A stretch of DNA of 63,062 bases, counting the filler, from Neoconidiobolus thromboides FSU 785 (Eukaryota; Fungi; Entomophthoromycota): NCBI GenBank assembly GCA_025603075.1. It is 12 parts of 12 records of this genome, joined end to end, with 100 filler letters (N's around TTAATTAATTAA, not from the genome) between each part and the next. Parts side by side here need not be neighbours in the genome. Positions count along the whole stretch, not along the records: positions 8,023 to 27,586 come from MU626556.1; 11 more parts are not named here. One strand, written 5' to 3'. The notes beneath the pieces are model-generated. The model was not told the DNA's origin. It searched no databases and worked only from the letters and a program-made list of their open reading frames with translations. A program made the position numbers and the translations under genes. Of the stretch, positions 13,069 to 25,567 are shown in pieces (position 1 is the stretch's first letter; each line of letters begins with the position of its first letter).

Positions 13069-14439
13069 TTATTGTATTGAATGACTTTCATTTTCTGCAT
13101 TACTATTGGTTTCCATCGTAGCATTCATGTTGGCTTGATCTAATAAAATATTTTCTTCAACACCGTTATTCACTTCATTAGCCTTATTGACTTCATTACC
13201 GCTTTCACTATTCTCTTGTAGACTTACAGCACCATTTGTTGAATTCTCTATTGAGTTATTCATCATTGTCATAGGGAGGGTATGGAAAACATCAGCAATA
13301 TTAATTTGAGGTAAACTCTGACTACTTAAATGACCAAGCTCATTGTTCATATCTCCATTTCCATTTGAATCTTGATGGTTCATTTTGTTAAAATTACTGT
13401 CATGATTTACCTCAGTTGAAGTTGAATTTGCAATATTATTAAATGCTTGCTCCATACTTAGATTTGTTTCATTCGATTGATTAGGTAAAGTAAATGCTTG
13501 CTCAATATTAAAATTTGCTCCATTAGTTTCATTATTTCCATTTTCAAATACACCTTCAAGCTGTTGGTTGTTTTCATTAGAATGCCCTGATATACTATTA
13601 AATACTTGTGACATTTCATTTCCTTGTATATTATGCCCTGATAAATTATTAAATGGATGCATGATTTGACTAATATTTTCTGCACCATGGTTAGTCATCG
13701 AATTGTATGCATGCTCCATATTTATGTTGTTTTCTGTCCCTGGTGTTGTTAAACCATTATATGAATGACTCATTGGTATACTAGGATTATTATTGTGATT
13801 ATGCATATTATTAAGCGCATGCTCCATAGCTAAATTCGATACTGTATTTTGGGAAGATGTATTGGTAATGTTAAGATCCATATTTAAGTTATTGTTTGTC
13901 ATATTCATAGATATACTGGTGAGAGCCTGTTCTAAATTAATATCTCCTACATTTGATTTATGAATATCACCATTGTTTGGATTCACACTAAATGATTCAT
14001 TCAACTTTTTAGAACTAAGACCATTTAATGGCGGAGTTGAAATTTCATCTTTTTTCATTTCACTATCATCCCCTGCTATATCTGCGTTAATCCAAGCTCC
14101 CGACCTTTTAACTTTACCAAGTTTTTTCAAATGATATTGTACCGTTTTATAAGCTACATTTAATTTCTTTGATAATGCTCTTGAAGATTGACGTGGATCT
14201 TCAGCTAATAAAGCTTCTAATGTAGTAGAATCAATTTTTAAAGGTCTCCCAGCACGAGCATGTTTATTCAAATTAAAGTCCCCAGACTCAAACTTGTTAA
14301 ACCAATATTGGCATTTTCGATCATTGGTGGATTCAGGACCAAATACAGTACGTATATTATTCGAAGCTTCTTTCGGTTTCCTTCCTAGTTTGAATTCGTA
14401 TAGCATACAATTCCTAATATTTAATTCTTGATCTTTCAT
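13069..14439 (-). CDS. Mariner/SETMAR-type paired HTH DNA-binding domain fused to an Asn/Met-rich repeat region, no DDE domain
   Basis: aa 1-117 (IRNCMLYEFKLG...WFNKFESGD...RAGRP...DPRQSSRALSKKLNV...HLKKLGKVKRSGAWI) match the mariner transposase N-terminus up to the WVPH-equivalent motif. The remaining ~340 aa are low complexity. The ORF is a single intact, intronless frame. Confidence 0.9.
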   Translation of the reverse strand: MKDQELNIRNCMLYEFKLGRKPKEASNNIRTVFGPESTNDRKCQYWFNKFESGDFNLNKHARAGRPLKIDSTTLEALLAEDPRQSSRALSKKLNVAYKTVQYHLKKLGKVKRSGAWINADIAGDDSEMKKDEISTPPLNGLSSKKLNESFSVNPNNGDIHKSNVGDINLEQALTSISMNMTNNNLNMDLNITNTSSQNTVSNLAMEHALNNMHNHNNNPSIPMSHSYNGLTTPGTENNINMEHAYNSMTNHGAENISQIMHPFNNLSGHNIQGNEMSQVFNSISGHSNENNQQLEGVFENGNNETNGANFNIEQAFTLPNQSNETNLSMEQAFNNIANSTSTEVNHDSNFNKMNHQDSNGNGDMNNELGHLSSQSLPQINIADVFHTLPMTMMNNSIENSTNGAVSLQENSESGNEVNKANEVNNGVEENILLDQANMNATMETNSNAENESHSIQ

Positions 14440-15558
14440 TGTTATTTAAAAAAATTGGGAAAAAACTTTAAATTAATTATTTTTTGGTTCATCGTTTATT
14501 ACACTTGATTTTATGCATTGCATTTTGATTGCCCAATCATTGGTTTGTATTTGCCAACTTTTGAACTTTCTAGAAATTTGCTATTTAACGGTTGGTTTGA
14601 GCAATAATTCTTAGTGGTTCCGGTTTTATAAATTACCAATAATCCATTATTTTTTGGAATATTGGGCAACTATTCGTTCTGGGCAGTATGTCTTAGAATA
14701 ACTTTATAGAATAAAATAAATGGATATTTTTTAGTACACTACATTATTTAATAAATAAAATATCATTTATTATTCACCCTACAAAAATTATAAACTCTAA
14801 AACTAAATCTTTTTAATCTTAAAATTATAAATCAATCGGCTTTATACTCATATTAAACCTGTTGAGTTCTTTTTGTTAATAAATAAAAACGCAAAATAAA
14901 AGCACAAACAACGATTCATATTTGAATTAAATAATTGATCGGATTATTTACAATAATAATTTTGAATTAATTGACTTTAAAATATAGCAATCGTATTTCA
15001 TTACGATTTGTTACATAGAAATCAATTTTATTTTATATTTAAGAATTTATTTTATTGTATACTTTATTAAAACAATGGTAAATACTTTGATTTTTAACAC
15101 GTCATTCATAAAGCAATAAACTAAAGATGACCTTGAATATAATAAAATAAATATTATTGGTCAACTAAACGCAGAAACTCTAAATAAATGTAAAGTCTAG
15201 ATTTAAACTGCAAAAATAAATGAAAAAGCACCATTTTATTGCTTCAGTAATGGTCCATATTTTGTAAGTTCAAATTTTTTTAGCAAAATTCTTAATAATG
15301 ATTCTCAAATATATCTATCAAATATATAAATTCACTCAAAGAACAGTTTGATTTTGAATTATTAAATAAATTGTAAGATTTAGTATATTATAACTTATTG
15401 CATTGCTTCATGAAAAATGAAAAATGTTTATAGATTTAAACAAAGATAGAAAATTTGATATGAAACTTATATGGCTTTAATTAGGACTCTTGTGCTTTAG
15501 AGTTTGTTAGTAAAATAAAAAGATGGTAATACAATATAAATAAATATTAATGTAAAAA

Positions 15559-16701
15559 TTAACGGCGATCTGGGGAGTCTTCTGCGTCCCAAACAACTCC
15601 AACAATTACGCTAATATCGTCCAATTTTCCACCTTGATAGTACATACCCTCTAATGTTGCTCTTTCTTGAAAAGGACTTGACATATTACGTGTATTTTCA
15701 GCAACATCCCTAGCCGCTATCTTTAGATTATTAGCTATTATTTGTGGATTTATTTCTTCTCTAATTTGTCCAAACCCAGCATCTTGACGATCAATCGATT
15801 TTTGTACAATATCTAAAATATCGTCATCAAATAAATTATCATATAATCCATCCGATCCCAAAACTATTATATCTCCTTTTTTAACTTGTACTTTAAATCT
15901 TTGTGCACTCAATGGATGATCTCCACCTACAATACCGAGTTGATATGGATAGTTGAAAGAATGCTGTTGTTCTTCAGTACGGAAAAGAAAATCTCCATCC
16001 CTGATTATAGCTAATCCACAATCACCTAAATTTGCTATTCTTAATTCATCCCCTCTTAATAAAGCCAAACAGGCAGTAGTAGAGCCTTTAATTTGTTGTA
16101 AATAAGCATCAAAGTTAGTACGGTCATAACTTTTAGCTAATATATTGACTGGATCAGCATGAAAATAATCAACAAATTCGTCAGCATCAATATCATCATA
16201 TTTATTTAACTCCGAATAAACATAATGCATCAATTTACGTGAATAAAAGGCAGAGTTACCATTATTTAAACTCCATCCACCAACACCATCTGCTATCCCT
16301 AAAGCATCACTTCTACAAAACACTGAATCTTCTCCATAACCTTTACTATAAAGGGCTTTATCTCCATCATCAGATTCCACCTTTTGTTTTTTTTTCGCTT
16401 GCCCAGAACAGGCACTATAAAGTGAATAATTGGGGGTGTAATGATTCGTCTGTAAACCAAATTGGTTATTGATATTTTTAAAATTATAATAAACAAAATC
16501 ATTAACCTGAGGTTCAGATTGTAACATGGCTTGAGCTTTTGATGGTAAAGTGGATTTGGTGTAAGCTCTTTGAAGCTTAACGTTGGAACCGTTTAACAAA
16601 CATGATGCGATTCTAGAATTTGATAAAGGTTTAACTATCGATGAATTGAATTTATTAATCAAGTTAACTACGTTTTTCATGGAATATAGATTAAAATGCA
16701 A
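15559..16701 (-). CDS. PTC7: Ptc7-type PP2C phosphatase with mitochondrial-type presequence
   Basis: GEDS, LGIADGVGGW, GSTTAC, ANLGDCG, EEQQHSFNYPYQLG, SDGLYDN and GGKLDDISV motifs. Confidence 0.93.
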   Translation of the reverse strand: MHFNLYSMKNVVNLINKFNSSIVKPLSNSRIASCLLNGSNVKLQRAYTKSTLPSKAQAMLQSEPQVNDFVYYNFKNINNQFGLQTNHYTPNYSLYSACSGQAKKKQKVESDDGDKALYSKGYGEDSVFCRSDALGIADGVGGWSLNNGNSAFYSRKLMHYVYSELNKYDDIDADEFVDYFHADPVNILAKSYDRTNFDAYLQQIKGSTTACLALLRGDELRIANLGDCGLAIIRDGDFLFRTEEQQHSFNYPYQLGIVGGDHPLSAQRFKVQVKKGDIIVLGSDGLYDNLFDDDILDIVQKSIDRQDAGFGQIREEINPQIIANNLKIAARDVAENTRNMSSPFQERATLEGMYYQGGKLDDISVIVGVVWDAEDSPDRR

Positions 16702-18001
16702 TTATATAGTCTTTCCAAAAAAAATATATTGTTGAATTGGAAAGAGAATAAAAAGATAATTTTGAATTTTTATTTTATTTTGTTTTATAAATAAGCATGG
16801 TAATCAGATTTTAAAACCAAGCTTTTTTTGAAAAAAATAATTCATTAATCCCTACCAACTGATGATCTCAATTCAAAACACTAACAATTAGAGCTTAAAA
16901 ATTCAATTTGATTTTGGGGCAACTTATCTTTATATAGACACAGTAGTTAAATTTCAAATCCAAAAGTAAAGTAAATTAAATTCAATACTTTATTTAACCA
17001 ATCATATTCATTTTCCTTATCTAAAATGTCTTATCTAAAAGATAAGAAATTGACATTATCATCTTAAAATACTACTTTTGGTAGTTGTTAAAACTCGAGT
17101 TAGTTCCAATAAGTTTATTAATAAACAACTTATATAAATATTATTGGCTAAATTTAACAAATTCAAATCAATCAGCCAAAATTCATTTCAAGCAATATAA
17201 TGCTTATAATATTGTAGCACTCATACTATCAGTTAACCATATTAAACTTAACGGATAGACATCATGGACATTGTGTTCATTGATAGAATAGTCATGATGT
17301 TAAATGATATTAAAAATATTAATAAACGGTGGTTATTATCATTATTAAAATAAATTAATAATATAAAATATATGTATTTTATTGAATTCATGTGATAAAA
17401 ATTAGGGAGAAAGATTCTCACGGTTTAGGATAGCTTAGTAATAAATAAAACAAAAATAAATAAAACATCAAATTTGGGGGTTGTAGGGTAATATAATAAT
17501 TATAAATTATGTATATAAAATTTTATTAAAATCATTATAAATTATAACATTGTTATGAATCATAATATTACTTTATTAACTAATGATTGTTATTATTTTT
17601 TTCTTTATTTTAGCTGTAAACGATCGAATCTGAATATTATTTTCTCATTGTTATTAGTTGTAATTTAACTTTTTAATAAATTTTGATTTTTAGGGGTAAC
17701 TGCTATTTCACTATTTTCTGTTTCAACTTGACTCAATCAGAAAGTTAGTCTTAATTTGAGCATTAATATTGCCAATCATTTTGGCTCTTAAAGTCTAAGA
17801 TTTTTCTTTCGTTAGAAGCAACAATCAAGATTTAAAAAAAGTATCCCAACCCAACAGGAAAGTAAGCCATAAGCAAATAAACTCAATTTTGAATTTTATT
17901 TTTGAAATTGTTTAAAAATCACTTTATTTACTTATTTTTGAAACTTTTTTACGCTCAATTTAGCATCAAAAGAAAGTCCAAAATAATCAAAATAAAAAAA
18001 G

Positions 18002-18606
18002 ATGGTCTACCAATCGATGAATAATGCTGAAAAAATGGGATATAATTATGATCAAACTCACAAAGCTGGAAGTAATAGTCAAGAAGATTCTGAATCGGGA
18101 GAGTTGTCCCTTTATCAAGGCTTAACTAATGTGCATGAATTAAGTGTTAATTTGGGTCTTGCTATCATTGATTTCAATGCTAGTCCATCTATTAAAAATC
18201 TGGAGAAAAAATGGTAACTTTTTTTAGCTATAAAAATATAGTTCTTCCATTGAAATTAAATTGGATAATAGTAATGATTTAATTGATGGCTTGAGAGATT
18301 TATATAAGACTAGTGATGAAACAAATTTGGAAGTACCTTTTGAAGTTATTAGGTAATAATGAAAGTTTATAAAGTTAAGTATAAAATTTAAATGGTCCAA
18401 AAAGTTGCTTTGATCAAGGTCAAAGCCCCGATTCGTACATGGCTACCTTTATGGAACAAGCAGTATCCGAAAATCAATTTTGTAAAGGTAGATTGGACAC
18501 TTTAGCTGTAATTAATTTATTAATTCAATTTAATTTGATTTTATGTTTTGTTTATATAGTCGTTTGCTGATCTCCTGGAAGAAGAAATTAAGTGTAACTT
18601 TGATGA
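18002..18606 (+). CDS. MED10: Mediator subunit Med10/Nut2, multi-exon, 3' end uncertain
   Basis: The spliced translation LGLAIIDF...EVPFEVISCFDQGQSPDSYMATFMEQAVSENQFCKGRLDTLASFADLLEEEI matches the Med10 VPxEVxxxIDxGxNP...ENQxxKGK pattern. Confidence 0.8.
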
Positions 18607-20119
18607 GTTTTAATTTATATATTTATTATGATATAAATAGAAAATCAATTTAGTATGAGTAGTAGTTTTTATTAATATTTTCAGTTGATAATGAATATTT
18701 AGTATCAAAGTTTAATTTTTCCATTAAAATGGATTATTCTATTTTATATTGGAATTATTAGATTATACTACAATAAATTTTATTACAAGGCTTGGTTAAT
18801 TTATTATTAATAAGATTATTGTTATCTTTAATTATTTTGGAGAAATTCTATTATAAAAGTCAAAGTAATGTTCATGTCTTTTAATGCAGCAAAATAGGAG
18901 GTTTCTGTATAAAAGTTAGTGTTCTAATTTATTCAATTTACTTTTATATAGACGACAGATTGATTTATAAATGATTGAGGGCTAAGGTAGTGATAATAGC
19001 ATAGATACATAATCAAGATATAGTAAAAATCAATTTATTTTTTATGATATACAATAGAAGCAGTGACAGTTTTAGAAAAGTAACTATTGGATTAGTCATC
19101 CCAATGTAGAACGGAGTTATCTGATAAAAAAATTAAGGATAAAAATAATACATTAGTAATGATTATTTTAAACATCTGAAGTTTCTTTAGTTGTTTATTA
19201 TATTTCAATCTTTTGTTTAAACTAGTTTTTAAAGAACGCCAACAATGATAAGATGAAGTTCATCAAAATAAAGATTAAGTCTTTAGTAGAGTGAAAGGTG
19301 AATCATAAAGGGAACAATAGGTAATCAAAGAGCTTTTAATTCAGGATTTAATAGTTGTGAATGTGATAAAAGCTTGTAATCTACTAGTTAAAGTAAGAGT
19401 CTTATTTTATAGTAGAATAATATTAGTTATTACTTTAACTCTTTATTCGGCTTTAATTGACGAAATAGATAGCTAGCTTTGACTACTTAAACCTGCATTA
19501 GAAAAAATAAAAATGACAATTTTTTAGTGATAAAAGAATACAATATATTTAAGATTGAAGTTAACATATGAATATAATTCTGATATTTTATTGTAATAAA
19601 TAATTCATCAAACAATGTATCAAAAATTGTTTTGTTAAGTTTCTACTTTTAAAGTTATTTTTATTTCAAGTAATTTTGAGAACATTAATTTGAATTAATG
19701 ATACTTTTTTACATAAATCATTAAACTAAATAATATAAAAATAAAAGTATAACAATCATAAATTGAATATCCAAGCATCATTGAAATGACCGATCTCATT
19801 CTAAAAACAATGCTTGTCAACTTAATTCAATAACTTTTCAAACTCAAAGATTTCTTAAAAGATCGTAAATTAAAATTACATAACTCTATTTTAATTGGAT
19901 TAATTTGATTGTAACCAATTAAATCAGAAATTAACGTCATTTGACAAAATGAATAATAAACACTCTCAAAAGATGGAGTTAAATTCGTGTAGCATATGAA
20001 AAGTAAACCAAATATTCAAGTATATAAAGACAACTAAAATCATAACGAATACTTTTTTAAATTATTTTGTATCTTCATCCTTTTTTATTTCTCTTTAATT
20101 TAGAACAAGATATCTAACC

Positions 20120-21416
20120 ATGTCCTTATTAAAAAACAGTTTATTAAAACGTGCTTTACCTAGTATATTAAAACAGACTCAATGTTTTAATTCTACAATG
20201 AGTTTCAATTTAACAGAAGAACAAAAAGAGTATCAATCCTTAGCCCGTAAATTTACTGCTGATGAAATTATACCCAAAGCTGCACATCATGATCAAACTG
20301 GTGAATATCCTGTTGAAATCTTAAAGAAAGCTTGGGAATTAGGCTTAATGAATACCCATATCCCTTCCGAATATGGTGGTTTAGGATTGGGTGTATTAGA
20401 TGGTTGTATTATTACGGAAGAATTAGCTTTTGGATGTACAGGTATTCAAACAGCTATTGAAGCTAATGGATTAGCTGAAGCACCTGTAATTTTAGCTGGT
20501 AATGATGCACAGAAAAAAAAATATTTAGGACGAATGACTGAAGAACCCTTAATGGCCGCTTATGGAGTAACAGAACCAGGAGCAGGTTCCGATGTTGCTG
20601 GATTAAAAACAAAAGCAGTAAAGAAAGGAAATGATTGGGTTATCAATGGTCAAAAAATGTGGATTACCAATGGTGGAAAAGCCAATTGGTATTTTGTTTT
20701 AGCTAGAACTGGAGATTCTAATACTCCTACTGGTAAAGCTTTTACTGGTTTTATCGTTGATGCTGATGCTCCTGGTATTTCTGTGGGTAGAAAAGAAATT
20801 AATATGGGTCAAAGAGCATCCGATACTAGAGGTATTACTTTTGAAGATGTAGTTGTACCTGATGAAAATAGGTAATTATCATTTTATTTTATATTTATTA
20901 TATTGTTATTCAAATCATATGCTAAAAATAAATAATAGATTAGGTGAAATTGGTCAAGGTTTTAAAATAGCCATGGGAGCCTTTGACACCACACGACCAT
21001 TAGTTGCGTCTGGAGCTGTAGGATTAACCCGCCGAGCCTTAGAAGAAGCAACCAAATATGCTCTAGAAAGAAAAACAATGGGAACACCAATTATCAAACA
21101 TCAAGCAGTGGCATTTATGTTAGCTGATATGGCCATGAATTTAGAAGCATCCCGATTATTAGTGCATAAATCAGCATGGTTAAGAGATAATAAACAAAAA
21201 AATACGCATTTAGCTTCCATGGCTAAAGCAATGGCCTCCGAAGCGGCTAATAAAGCTGCTGCTGATTGCGTCCAAATCTTTGGGGGTAATGGATTTAATA
21301 CAGAATACCCAGCGGAGAAGTTGTTAAGAGACTCTAAAATATTTATGATTTATGAAGGTACTTCCCAAATTCAAAGACTTATTATTTCACGTCATTTGGC
21401 AGAGACTTATCAATAA
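20120..21416 (+). CDS. ACADM: Medium-chain acyl-CoA dehydrogenase, one intron near 20872-20939
   Basis: [64 protein letters not shown] and [13 protein letters not shown]. Confidence 0.96.
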
Positions 21417-21780
21417 ACGAGGATATATATATTGTAATGTTTTCTTTTAATGATATTGAGAAATCGTAGTTTGCTATAATTGTTATTGTATTTTAATTTT
21501 AATTACTTATGGATTGATTGATTTTAATAATCTTATTTTAATAAGCTTATTTTAATAATTTTAGATAATACAAAAGAATCCAATATAATATTATCTCTAT
21601 CATCAGATATATAATTAGTATTATTACAAATATTATAAAACAATATATTATTATAATTTTAATAAGTTATAAAATTTAATAATATTATATCAACTTTTAA
21701 ATAATCCACTAGTAGTATTTTTTTAGTAAATTTAATTAAATTATCTTTTTTTCATATAAAAAATGGACTAAATTCTTAAA

Positions 21781-21880
21781 TTAGGAGTATTTTTTAATTT
21801 CATTACTTTTTCCATTTTTAAGCACCATTTGAGTGAAAAAGCTGCCAGCAAAATTTTTGAACAAAAAATATATGCCCAAC
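21781..21880 (-). mobile_element. MITE family copy
   Basis: GGAGTATTTTT...TTAAGCACCATTTGAGTGAAAA...AAAAATATATGCCC. Confidence 0.75.
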
Positions 21881-22113
21881 TAGTTTTCCATTTCTTATTT
21901 TTTAATTCATCATCAAATAAGAATTAAAAAAAAGGAGAACTCAAATTTCCGTCTAAGTTATTATTTGGCTAATAAACAAGTTTGTAATGAACTGAAATAA
22001 GCCAATTTTCAAGCTTTCAAACGAAATGATATAAAAAGAGTTGAGATGTTCAAAGTTCAATACTTTTTTCTATTCGATTTGAGCAAAAGTTGAAAGGATT
22101 GCAATAAAGAATT

Positions 22114-23341
22114 ATGATAGATCAATTCATTTTATATCTTAAATATGCTTACTATTTATTATTGTTAAAGTTGACACAGTTATCTCAGGTAAATTATTCT
22201 AGTAAATAAAAATAAAATAGATAGACTAAACTAAACTAAATGATTTAAAAAATGATAGTGGATTGGTCAACCAAGCGGTACAAGTAATAATCAATTTGTT
22301 CAAAAATTAGTTGTATTTGGTAAATCTTATATTATTTATTTATTTATTTATTATTATTATTGTTCTTATTATTTAACATTAAAAAATAATCTATTAATAA
22401 TAAACTCATTATGTTTATAAACATTAATAAACAATCAACTAACTTTTTAATTCTTAATTTTTAATTTTATATCAATAGGAGATGACTTAGCCCTTGGGTA
22501 TGGAGACAAGATATCATTTGGTAGTGGAATAGGACTCACATTTTATTTGAAAACATTATTATTTAAAGCTAAAAATATTAAACAAGAATGGAAATTATTT
22601 AATTATGGTCAATATGGTAGTACCTCTAATCAATGGCATCCAGAAGGTCCGTTATTTAAGAAATATATTGAAAGGAATCAGACTATTGAAGGAGCAGGAT
22701 TGTTTTTGTTCTCAGTTGGGATGTATGATGTTAAGTAATTAATTTTTTATCTTGAATGAAACTATGTAAGAATGGGAGTTAATTAATGTTTTTTATTTAA
22801 ATAGGAAATCAGATGATTTTGATTTAATTATTAATAATATAATGGAAACAAGCGAAAAGATTAGTGAATTCGGCAAAATATATATATATACAATACCCGA
22901 TTTAACAAGAAATGTTGTACTAAAACAAGAGATTCATAAGTTTAATAAATTATTAATGGAAAGAATTAATAGGTAAATTGAGTTACTTTATTTTATATTA
23001 TTTTTACATATTATTAATTAATATTTATTTATTTATTTATTATATTATATTATATTATTATAGTTTAAATCATCCTAATATTAAATTATTATTACAATTG
23101 GATAGTAATAATTATGAATTTAAACGTATTGATCTTATTAATGGTAATGGCACTCATTTTAATAAAAAGGTAAATATTATTATTATTATTATTATTATTA
23201 TTTATAAAATATTAAGAATTCTAATTTTAATTCAATTTTTATTAGGGTTATCACAAAATAACTAAAGACAGTTTAGATGTGATTATTAATGATATGGTTA
23301 AATTAGAATTCAATGCTTTTTCAAAAGCATTAGGTTATTAA
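22114..23341 (+). CDS. Divergent SGNH hydrolase-like protein (block I FGDDL), multi-exon
   Basis: The spliced translation gives LVVFGDDLALGYGD, NYGQYGSTS, FSVGMYDV and GNGTHFNKKGY, the SGNH blocks I, II, III and V in order. Confidence 0.65.
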
Positions 23342-23413
23342 ATTACAATAAAATATAAATTATAGTATAATATAAATTAAATTAAATTAAATTAATTAAT
23401 AAATAAATATTGT

Positions 23414-25567
23414 TTATTTTGATAATACATTATTTAATTGAATTAATTTTTTAGTTAATAATTCAATAGGTTCATTTATTTGTTTTTTAATATCTTGGAT
23501 TTTCTATATTAAAATAAAGGTTAAATAAATCATTATAATTGTAATTGTTAATTATTTACCTCATCACTAAAATTTAATTCAAAATTAGAATATGTGTTAT
23601 TTAATAATTGTTGATTTAATGTGTTACTATAATAAAATAATAAAATAATAGATTAATAAAATAATAGATTAATAAAATAATAAATAAATAGAAATAAAAA
23701 CTTACAATTGATTTAATAATTGAAATAAAGAATTATCCAATGTATTTGTATTATTAATGTTATTTAATAATAACAAATTATTATCTTTCTCTTCTTTAAT
23801 CAATAGAAATTCTAATATTTTATTTAATAAATCCTTATTTATCTAATACATAATTTAATAACTAATCAAATAAGCGAATAATCAATAATATTAATTTACC
23901 TTATTATCTTTTTTCATTATATTATTATTGCAATTAACTTTTAACTCAATAAATATTTTATCTAACATAATCAAAACCTCATGAAATTCATGAAATTTCT
24001 GTTTTAAATTACAATAATTCATTTTTAATAATAAATTAAAATATATTGTTAATTTTAAATAATTAATAATTAAATCTATTATTATTTTAAATTTATTATA
24101 AACTTGTTTTTGTTGATTAATTTGTTTTTGATATTGAATTTGTTTTATATATTGAATTTCAATTAATTGAGTTTTGAAATTAATACTTTGTTCTTCTTTT
24201 TGCTCTTCTTTTTGTTCAATTATAAGTTGTAATAAACTATTTGAACATTAACTATTATAATTATTATAAAAAGTTAGATTAAAACTTACTTAATGTCTTT
24301 TGTCGTTGATGAGTTGTTATTTCTGAAATTAGCCAATAACTTTTGTTTTAATTGATTTTTGTATTTTATTTCTTTCAATTTACGTTGATTTTTTAAATAA
24401 CTAATAAATTGATTTTATTACTAGTTAATTATATACTATTAATGTTAAACCTTACATTTCATTCAATTTGTTAATTTCATCCAATATCTCTATTTTCCAA
24501 AAAAAACATTAATAACTTTTTCTCTTAATCTTTTAGTTTATACGAATACTTACTTTTTTCTTTGTTATTATATGTATTATTATTTAATTCAAAATTGATT
24601 TTAATTACTTCTATTAGATGAATAGCAATGGATTTAAAATTCAAATGAATGTCTTTCATTAGCGTTGTAAATAATAAAATGTCATATTCTAAACAAGTAG
24701 TTAAGTTTCAAAAAACGTAGAATAAACACTATAAACATACTATCACATTGAATTAAGTCTAAAAATTTACTGTCCATCCAACCAAATGTTTTCTTAATCT
24801 AATTAAAAATTTAATATTAAATATGTCTCATATTATTACTGTAACTTCAAAATCTTACTTCTAAACTTTGTTTTTTAAATTTCATTTCTAATTCTCTTTC
24901 TTGATCTTGAATTAATACTTCTTTTTGTTTTTTTAATATTTTAATTTCTTTTTGTAATTCAATTTCAGTATCACTAATCCTATTAAATCTCCATACAACT
25001 AAACTCAATATACTAATTACCTTAAACAATTTAATTGATTTTTTAATATCAAATTCTGTTGTTCAAGTCGATCAAGTTGAGTTAGTTGTATTTGATATTT
25101 GAAGCTAAATAATTTAATAGAAATTAACTAAAATTGATATTAGTTTATTTGAATCTTTAAATTACCTTTTCTCTTCTAATTGACTATGAGTAGAATTCAT
25201 AATCCTAACGCCGCTTTGTTTTCCCTATTAAAATAATAAAGACAGAAATAAATAACATTCTAAAGTTTCTAATCACATAACAATAAAAATGAAAACTTAC
25301 CCTCAATTCTATCATCTCTAATCTCTCATCTTCACTCAGACACTTCCATTTCCAATACACCAATTCATCCATTAGTTTGTTTTTAATTTTACTAATATTA
25401 TCTTGTTGATTTTTATTACTACTATCCTCTTTATTTCTACATTGAAACAAATGCGACTTTCTTAAATCGATGGAGTCTTTTTCATCTTTCCTCAATCCCT
25501 GTCGAATCTTTTCAAATAACTCATAATTATTAGAAGCTCTTGTTGGTCCTTGAAATTGAGAAGTCAT
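23414..25567 (-). CDS. Hypothetical multi-exon coiled-coil-rich protein
   Basis: The first exon MTSQFQGPTR...MIELR is followed by K/E/Q/L/I-rich exons separated by GT-AG introns, ending VLSK*. The exon structure is approximate. Confidence 0.5.

Noticed and set aside
13069-14439. Active autonomous mariner transposon
   Set aside because: No DD34D catalytic domain and no recognisable flanking TIRs.
18850-19520. Possible decayed gene in the Med10-MCAD intergenic region
   Set aside because: All frames are heavily interrupted and no motif was recognised.
23170-23700. (TAT)n microsatellite and AATAAAATAATAGATT duplication
   Set aside because: Ordinary low-complexity intronic repeats.
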